Shown here: in pieces, positions 58,274 through 64,000 of the stretch | Layout: the number at the start of each line of letters is the position of its first letter | Position numbering within the stretch: position 1 is the stretch's first letter | Source of the DNA: Candidatus Poribacteria bacterium | GTDB lineage: Bacteria; Poribacteria; WGA-4E; PCPOR2b | DNA length: 64,000 nucleotides | Reading direction: 5' to 3' | Assembly: GCA_965215015.1 (NCBI GenBank) | Contig: OZ244042.1 | Span: 4,000,001-4,064,000, forward strand | Made by a program: the position numbers and the translations under genes | The notes under the pieces: generated by a model | What the model was told of the DNA's origin: nothing | What the model saw: the letters and a program-made list of their open reading frames with translations, nothing else | Databases searched by the model: none

Positions 58274-59638
58274 ATGAATGAAGATAAATTAGTTCTAGTG
58301 GTCGATGATGATGCGCCTATTCGAGACTCCCTTGAAAAGATTTTAAAACGAGATGGCTACGCTATCCAAACTGCCGCGGATGGCGAATCCGCTCTAGAAG
58401 TGATTCGTCACCAACCGGTCAATCTGATTCTTGCCGATTTGAGAATGCCCAACATGGATGGATTACGATTACTCAAAGCTGCCAAAATACTTTCCCCTGA
58501 AATCGAGGTCATTCTCATGACGGCCTACGGTGAAGTGGATACAGCTGTTGAAGCGATGCAAGCAGGGGCGTATCACTTTATCCAAAAACCGTTGAAGCGT
58601 TCTGAAATTCTGCTCACCATCGCCCGCGCCCTTGAAAAACAGATGTTGGCTATCGAAGTCAAATCTTTACGCGAACAGATGGGGGCCGAACATTCTTTGG
58701 GCAACATCATCGGAAAAAGTCCCGCCATGCGTCAATTGATTACGAAAACGCAGCAGGTTGCGTCAAGCACTGCGACTATCCTAATCACCGGTGAAAGTGG
58801 GACCGGCAAAGAGGTGTTTGCCAACGCAATCCACGCTTTAAGCCCAAGAACGAATAAACCGATGATTAAAATCAATTGCGGCGCGTTCCCGGACACCCTG
58901 TTGGAGTCTGAGCTTTTTGGGTATGAAAAAGGGGCATTCACAGACGCCAAATCGAGTAAGCCTGGACGTTTTGAACTTGCGGATGAGGGAACGCTCTTTT
59001 TAGACGAAATTGGTGAAATGCCTAAACCGCTGCAGGTTAAGTTGTTACGGGTTCTACAAGATGGTAAATTCGAGCGACTTGGTGGAACGAAGCCTCTCTG
59101 CGTGGACGTGCGCTTAATCGCCGCCACAAATAAAAATTTAACGATGGCAGTCGAAGCTGGCAATTTTCGGGATGACCTGTTTTATCGGCTCAATGTGATT
59201 ACCCTCGACCTTCCCCCGCTACGCGCTCGAAGAGAGGATATTCCACTGTTTGTAGACTGTTTCCTAAAAAAATATAGTGAAAAGGCGGGGAAACCGATTC
59301 GGGGCATTTCTCGTCAAGCGTTGGAAGCACTTGAAGCCTATTATTGGCCGGGCAATATCCGTGAATTGGAAAACGCGATTGAACAAGCGGTGGTGTTGAC
59401 ACAATCCAATACCATCGAACGGATGAATCTTCCAGCATCGATTCACCAGGGGAGCAAGGACTCGACTTATCCCCACGACCCGAAGTCGATTGTTGTTCCC
59501 TTGGGTACACCTATGGAAGAAATCGAGCAGAAAGTGATAACTGGGGTGCTTTCGATGACTTCTGGAGACAAGGAATTGACTGCGAAGTTACTTGGACTCT
59601 CGGCACGAACCATCTATCGCAAGTTGGAAAAGGGTTAG
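58274..59638 (+). CDS. Sigma-54-dependent NtrC-family response regulator
   Basis: REC (VVDDD, DLRMP), GESGTGKE, ESELFG..KGAFTDA, FLDEIG, WPGNIREL, C-terminal HTH. Confidence 0.95.
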   Translation: MNEDKLVLVVDDDAPIRDSLEKILKRDGYAIQTAADGESALEVIRHQPVNLILADLRMPNMDGLRLLKAAKILSPEIEVILMTAYGEVDTAVEAMQAGAYHFIQKPLKRSEILLTIARALEKQMLAIEVKSLREQMGAEHSLGNIIGKSPAMRQLITKTQQVASSTATILITGESGTGKEVFANAIHALSPRTNKPMIKINCGAFPDTLLESELFGYEKGAFTDAKSSKPGRFELADEGTLFLDEIGEMPKPLQVKLLRVLQDGKFERLGGTKPLCVDVRLIAATNKNLTMAVEAGNFRDDLFYRLNVITLDLPPLRARREDIPLFVDCFLKKYSEKAGKPIRGISRQALEALEAYYWPGNIRELENAIEQAVVLTQSNTIERMNLPASIHQGSKDSTYPHDPKSIVVPLGTPMEEIEQKVITGVLSMTSGDKELTAKLLGLSARTIYRKLEKG

Positions 59639-59682
59639 AGGTACTAGTACGATAAGGATAATCCCCCGAAGGAGGAAACACG

Positions 59683-60444
59683 ATGATTCAAAACGTTCTC
59701 GTCGCGATTGGCGACACCCCCCACGAAAAAAATGCCTTTGAATATGCCGGGCATTTAGCTGTCCTGTTAGACGCCCACCTTTCGTGCGTCCACTTTGCCG
59801 ATGAAACACATCACGGTCAGGAAGACATTGCCGCCAGAATTTTCGACAACATAGACTCGGCACTCGCTGAGTTCGAGTTTTTATCCGCACACGTTGATAC
59901 CATCACTGGCAATCCTGTAAGAAACCTCTGTGAAAAGGCACATACTGCCGATCTCGTCGTGGTCGGTATCCCTGAATCAATTAAGAGGCAGGGATTGCGA
60001 TTGATCCACGACAGGATTGACGATATTTTGTCCCACATTACAAAGCCGACGATTGTTGTCCATGAGCAATGTACAATTCTGAAGAAAATCTTAACAGTCC
60101 ATCACGGCGATGCGGCATCCGACCACGTCCTTGAATTGGCAGCGGAATTGGCAAAGCGAACCAAGGCAAGCTTACTCAATTTGGCACTGGCGAATACACA
60201 GATAAGGGCCGCTGAGATTTCTGGACAGATGCGTGAGTATTTGCAATACCACAACGTGGAAACAGAGTTCAGAGCACAGGTAGGTTTCACCGTAACCAAC
60301 ATTCTGGAAACAGCATCGAAAGAGGACTGTGACCTAATCGCGCTGAGTGCAAATTATCATGGGCGGTTGTATGAGCTGATTTTTCAGGACACGACGGAGA
60401 TGGTTGTGAAACTCGCGGATCGAGCGGTACTTGTCACTCGGTAG
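59683..60444 (+). CDS. Tandem universal stress protein
   Basis: Two USP domains (IQNVLVA...ADLVVVG; KKIL...CDLIAL...AVLVTR); GGAGG SD. Confidence 0.88.
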   Translation: MIQNVLVAIGDTPHEKNAFEYAGHLAVLLDAHLSCVHFADETHHGQEDIAARIFDNIDSALAEFEFLSAHVDTITGNPVRNLCEKAHTADLVVVGIPESIKRQGLRLIHDRIDDILSHITKPTIVVHEQCTILKKILTVHHGDAASDHVLELAAELAKRTKASLLNLALANTQIRAAEISGQMREYLQYHNVETEFRAQVGFTVTNILETASKEDCDLIALSANYHGRLYELIFQDTTEMVVKLADRAVLVTR

Positions 60445-60514
60445 TGTATCGATGTTACGGTTTTGGCGGTGCTCGTTGCTTTTCCCTTCATCCCCGCACC
60501 GTTCAAAGACCGAG

Positions 60515-60560
60515 AGTGAAACGTGAAGCGTAACACGTGAAAGCAATTGGTTCACGGGGG
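60515..60560. repeat. Short tandem CGTGAAA / GTTCA(T/C) repeat tracts
   Basis: GTGAAACGTGAAGCGTAACACGTGAAAG; similar tracts at ~7815-7850, 19105-19160, 23410-23440, 33118-33160 and 62010-62042, near gene ends. Confidence 0.55.
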
Positions 60561-60655
60561 CATCAACGAATCCATGAGCACTTGGCGGATAAGATCAAAG
60601 CCAACCTGAAGGACGACCTCTTGGAAATTCACTTGTCGCAGAAGGGTGAGGTGAT

Positions 60656-61900
60656 ATGATGGGGCTCGGGCTATTTGAACCGCTAGCGATTGCGCTCGGC
60701 GTGGGGTTGTTAGTTGGCATGCAGCGGGAGAGGAAGACGTCTTCTATTGCGGGCATCCGCACCTTTCCACTTATCACCATACTGGGCTCGCTTTCGGCCC
60801 TACTTGCGGACGCGTTCAACGGTTGGGTTCTCGCGGCGGGGTTTCTCGCTGTGAGCACGATGCTGTTGGTTGGCGATCTAGAACAATTTGGCAAGGGAGA
60901 GATTAATCTTGGCCTGACGACGGAGATGGCGGGGTTAGTCATGTTCGGCGTTGGGGCTGCGCTCATTAAAGGCTACACGGCTCCAGCGATTGCGGTCAGC
61001 GGCGTGGTGGTGGTGCTACTACACTGGAAGCAGCCTCTCCAGAACTTCGTCAACAAGATTAGTGAGAGCGATTTCAAGGCAATTATCCAGCTGGTGCTGA
61101 TTGGGCTAGTCGTCCTGCCCGTGCTGCCGAACCAGACATATGGCTGGTACAACGTTCTCAACCCCTACAAGATTTGGTTGATGGTAGTTCTGATTTCGGG
61201 TATCAGTCTGATTGCCTATGTCGCATACAAACTTCTGGGGGCTCGGGTCGGTGCGATTCTCGGTGGTGCGCTGGGTGGGTTTATCTCTAGTACTGCGACG
61301 ACCGTCAGCTTTTCACGACAAACCAAGACACATTCTGATGCCGCGCCGATGGCCTCCCTGGTTATCCTGATTGCGTCTACGACTGTATTTGGACGTATCC
61401 TGTTGGAAATTGGCATCGTCGCTCCCGAATTTTTGCCAAGTGCCGCCGCCCCGCTTGGAATTGTAATGGGACTAATGGCGATACTCTGCGTCATCTGCTT
61501 TCTGCGAGTAGGGGGAAATAGTATAGACAATCCGACACACAACAACCCAGCGCAATTGAAAGTGGCAATAATCTTTGGGGGCTTATACGCGGTCATTCTC
61601 CTCGCTGTTGCCGCAGCCAAAGTGCACTTCGGCACTGGGGGTATGTATCTCGTGGCGATGCTGTCGGGCCTGACTGACATGGACGCGATTACGCTTTCAA
61701 CCGCAGAATTGGTGAAGACAGGGCGCGTCACCACTGACACCGGTTGGCGGGTGATTCTCCTAGCGGCACTATCTAATCTGGTGTTTAAAGGGGGGGCGGT
61801 CGCCGTGCTTGGCAGCCGCAGCCTTCTGATTTCTATTTCAATTCTATTTTCCATAGCACTGACCGGCGGCGGATTGTTGTTGGCATTTTGGCCGTATTGA
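60656..61900 (+). CDS. MgtC/SapB + DUF4010 membrane protein
   Basis: GLLVGMQRE, AGIRTF, GLTTE, LPVLP, GGFISSTATT, GLTDMDAIT. Confidence 0.9.
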   Translation: MMGLGLFEPLAIALGVGLLVGMQRERKTSSIAGIRTFPLITILGSLSALLADAFNGWVLAAGFLAVSTMLLVGDLEQFGKGEINLGLTTEMAGLVMFGVGAALIKGYTAPAIAVSGVVVVLLHWKQPLQNFVNKISESDFKAIIQLVLIGLVVLPVLPNQTYGWYNVLNPYKIWLMVVLISGISLIAYVAYKLLGARVGAILGGALGGFISSTATTVSFSRQTKTHSDAAPMASLVILIASTTVFGRILLEIGIVAPEFLPSAAAPLGIVMGLMAILCVICFLRVGGNSIDNPTHNNPAQLKVAIIFGGLYAVILLAVAAAKVHFGTGGMYLVAMLSGLTDMDAITLSTAELVKTGRVTTDTGWRVILLAALSNLVFKGGAVAVLGSRSLLISISILFSIALTGGGLLLAFWPY

Positions 61901-62181
61901 GAGAGGCACTTTGTCTCGTAGGGAGAAACAACCCGTTAGGCAGGCAAAACTCTTACCACGCTTGAGTAAAGAAACCAGGGCCATGTGAAAAGAAAGTGCA
62001 AAAGGCGAGGCGCGTGAAAGGTGAAAACAGTTGGCTCATGGGTGCGGTCGGGCTTGGAAGCCCGACCTACGGGGCTCAGAAAAAAAGAAAATGCAAAGCC
62101 TGCAGAGAAACTGTAGAGGCAGGTTGCCCCGCCCCTCCTTGCCAAAAACTCGGTTGCTGTTGCACGATTTCTTAATATGAT

Positions 62182-62523
62182 AGGACTTACGCAGTTGAAC
62201 GTTCAAACCCGCGTATTTCGGTGTCTCATCAAATACTGAGTGTGTCCCTCGACAGTTCACGACGCCCGATGAATCGGGCAACTCCAGTTCAGCCGACAGG
62301 AGTCGGCCCGCTCCGCGTGCCATCCCCTTGCTTGCGGGAGGAAGCCCCCCCTAACCCCCCCGCAAGCGGAGGGGAAAGAACGCAGGCGAGGGGGATAGAG
62401 GGGGGACACCCCACCACCGGGTATTTAGCGGGGGGAAGGGGGGACGGCATACGATGGCGTATACCTACTCCCTTAAAGACGCTGGTTGAATTGCGCGGCT
62501 ACAAACTCAAGTGTGTAACTCCT
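62182..62523 (+). mobile_element. MITE with AGGACTTACGCA-type TIRs, copy 2
   Basis: AGGACTTACGCAGTTGAAC...ACAAACTCAAGTGTGTAACTCCT; a partial end also at 14828-14850. Confidence 0.7.
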
Positions 62524-62654
62524 AACATGCGCCAGAAGCAAAAAGCCTATACTCTTGGGACGATAAAATGAACAGATGAACAAATGACGCAATATGCAAT
62601 ACGTCACACATATTACGCATGAGGTGCTCTCGCGGTAACTGGAGAAGATTACAC

Positions 62655-64000
62655 ATGACACAAGTAACCCGAACTGAATTATCCCCAGATCAGCTCCGTT
62701 TCACATGCGACGAGGCGCAATTCGACTTCGCGTCCACGGCGGAGGTGCTGTCGCTCCCCGAAAGAATGGTAGGACAAGATAGGGCGCTCCGGGCGGTCAA
62801 CTTCGGCGTGTCGATGCCCAATGAAGGGTACAATATTTATGCCATGGGCCCGCCGGGGGCTGGGAAAATGTCATCTATTACCGAATTTCTGTACAGACGT
62901 GCCCGTGAGATGCCACGCCCCGACGATTGGTGCTATGTCATGAATTTTGCCAATCCGGATCGGCCGCACTATCTCAAGCTGCCTTCGGGAGAGGGAGCAG
63001 CGTTCCAAAAGGATATGGAAGGCCTGATTGAGGAATTGCGTCAGGACATCCCCCGCGCCTTGGAAAGCGAGGATTACGAGAACGAGCGAAATCGCATTAT
63101 GCAGGAGGTTCAGCGCAAACAGAATGCCCAATTTTCCCAATTAGACCAAACTGCCCAAGAACAAGGCTTTGTGATCCAAAGGGGGCAGTTCGGCGTGTTC
63201 TTCGTGCCGCTCGTTGATGGCGAGCCAGCAACCGCCCCGGAGCAGTTGACCCAGTTATCTCTCGAACAACGTCATGAGATGGAAAGGCGGGGTGAACAAC
63301 TGCAAACCGAATTGAACCAAACCATGCGAGCGGTGCAGACCATCGTCAAGGAGGGACGAAGCCAACTGGCAGAACTGGAACGGAACATTGTAATGTCTGC
63401 CATTGGTCCCCATATTGAAGAATTAAAAGAAAAATACGCCGCCCGTGTGCCCGTTGTCAGCTATCTGAACGATATGCAGCGGGACATCATCGATCACGGC
63501 AACGCATTTCACGCCAGCAAGGAAGGCGAGCAACAGGCCCCCACCCCCTCTGGGATATTGCAATCCGAAATCTCATTTGACCGCTACAAAGTGAATCTAA
63601 TCGTTGACCATTCCCAGACGGAAGGTGCACCCGTTAAAATCCTAAACAACCCGACGTATCAGAACCTGATTGGACAGGTGGAACGACAGGCACAATTTGG
63701 GGCGTTGATTACCGATTTCACACTGATCAAAGCGGGGGCGTTGCACCGAGCGAATGGTGGCTATCTAGTGGTGGAAGCCTCCCATCTGCTGCGACAGCCG
63801 TTTGCTTATGAAGTATTGAAACGCGCCTTGCACGCCCGGGCGATTCACATCACCGAACTCGGACAGGAGTATAGCCTGATGAGCACGGTTTCCATTGAAC
63901 CGGAGGCAATACCTTTAGATGTCAAGGTGGTGATAATTGGTAACCCGATGTACTATTATCTGTTGCAGGCGTATGACGAGGAATTCGGCGAGCTTTTTAA
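62655..64000 (+). CDS. Lon-like ATP-dependent protease (AAA_32/LonC type), truncated by the window end
   Basis: Manual translation MTQVTRTELSPDQLRF..VGQDRA..FG...GYNIYAMGPPGAGK...PDDWCYVMNF...NPTYQNLIG.VE...GALHRANGGYLVV; absent from the ORF track because there is no stop in the window. Confidence 0.92.
   Translation, partial: MTQVTRTELSPDQLRFTCDEAQFDFASTAEVLSLPERMVGQDRALRAVNFGVSMPNEGYNIYAMGPPGAGKMSSITEFLYRRAREMPRPDDWCYVMNFANPDRPHYLKLPSGEGAAFQKDMEGLIEELRQDIPRALESEDYENERNRIMQEVQRKQNAQFSQLDQTAQEQGFVIQRGQFGVFFVPLVDGEPATAPEQLTQLSLEQRHEMERRGEQLQTELNQTMRAVQTIVKEGRSQLAELERNIVMSAIGPHIEELKEKYAARVPVVSYLNDMQRDIIDHGNAFHASKEGEQQAPTPSGILQSEISFDRYKVNLIVDHSQTEGAPVKILNNPTYQNLIGQVERQAQFGALITDFTLIKAGALHRANGGYLVVEASHLLRQPFAYEVLKRALHARAIHITELGQEYSLMSTVSIEPEAIPLDVKVVIIGNPMYYYLLQAYDEEFGELF

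Noticed and set aside
60463-60480. Sigma-54 promoter upstream of the MgtC gene (TGGCGGTGCTCGTTGCT)
   Set aside because: GG-GC spacing is one base too long
1-64000. tRNA, rRNA, tmRNA, RNase P or SRP genes
   Set aside because: No cloverleaf/T-loop or other diagnostic motifs found in intergenic regions by eye; tRNAscan-SE and cmscan would be decisive

Overview
A roughly 48% GC bacterial chromosome segment with about 45 genes. Several features suggest Candidatus Poribacteria or a relative (inference): three PhyH dioxygenases, a sulfatase, two enolase-superfamily enzymes, a 'TTWGxLK + YPNPFN/FlgD' C-terminal sorting tail and REP/MITE-rich intergenic DNA. Most genes are catabolic, envelope or housekeeping (sppA, mobA, moeA, gpmI, pspA, GT9, a Lon-like protease). 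There is also a 1988-aa repeat-stalk glycan-binding protein and a globin-coupled kinase/sigma-54 regulator cluster. The most unusual signal is non-coding. Two related ~312-nt structured elements (52796-53106 on +, 55936-56248 on -) bracket a TonB-dependent receptor gene in inverted orientation. Each ends in a TnpB/IS605-type right-end hairpin plus TCAA, and neither has an ORF, so they are candidate orphan omegaRNA/guide cassettes. A third, internally deleted tnpB element lies at ~14960-15233. I found no tRNA, rRNA or CRISPR array. All family assignments come from motif recognition by eye; no database searches were run.
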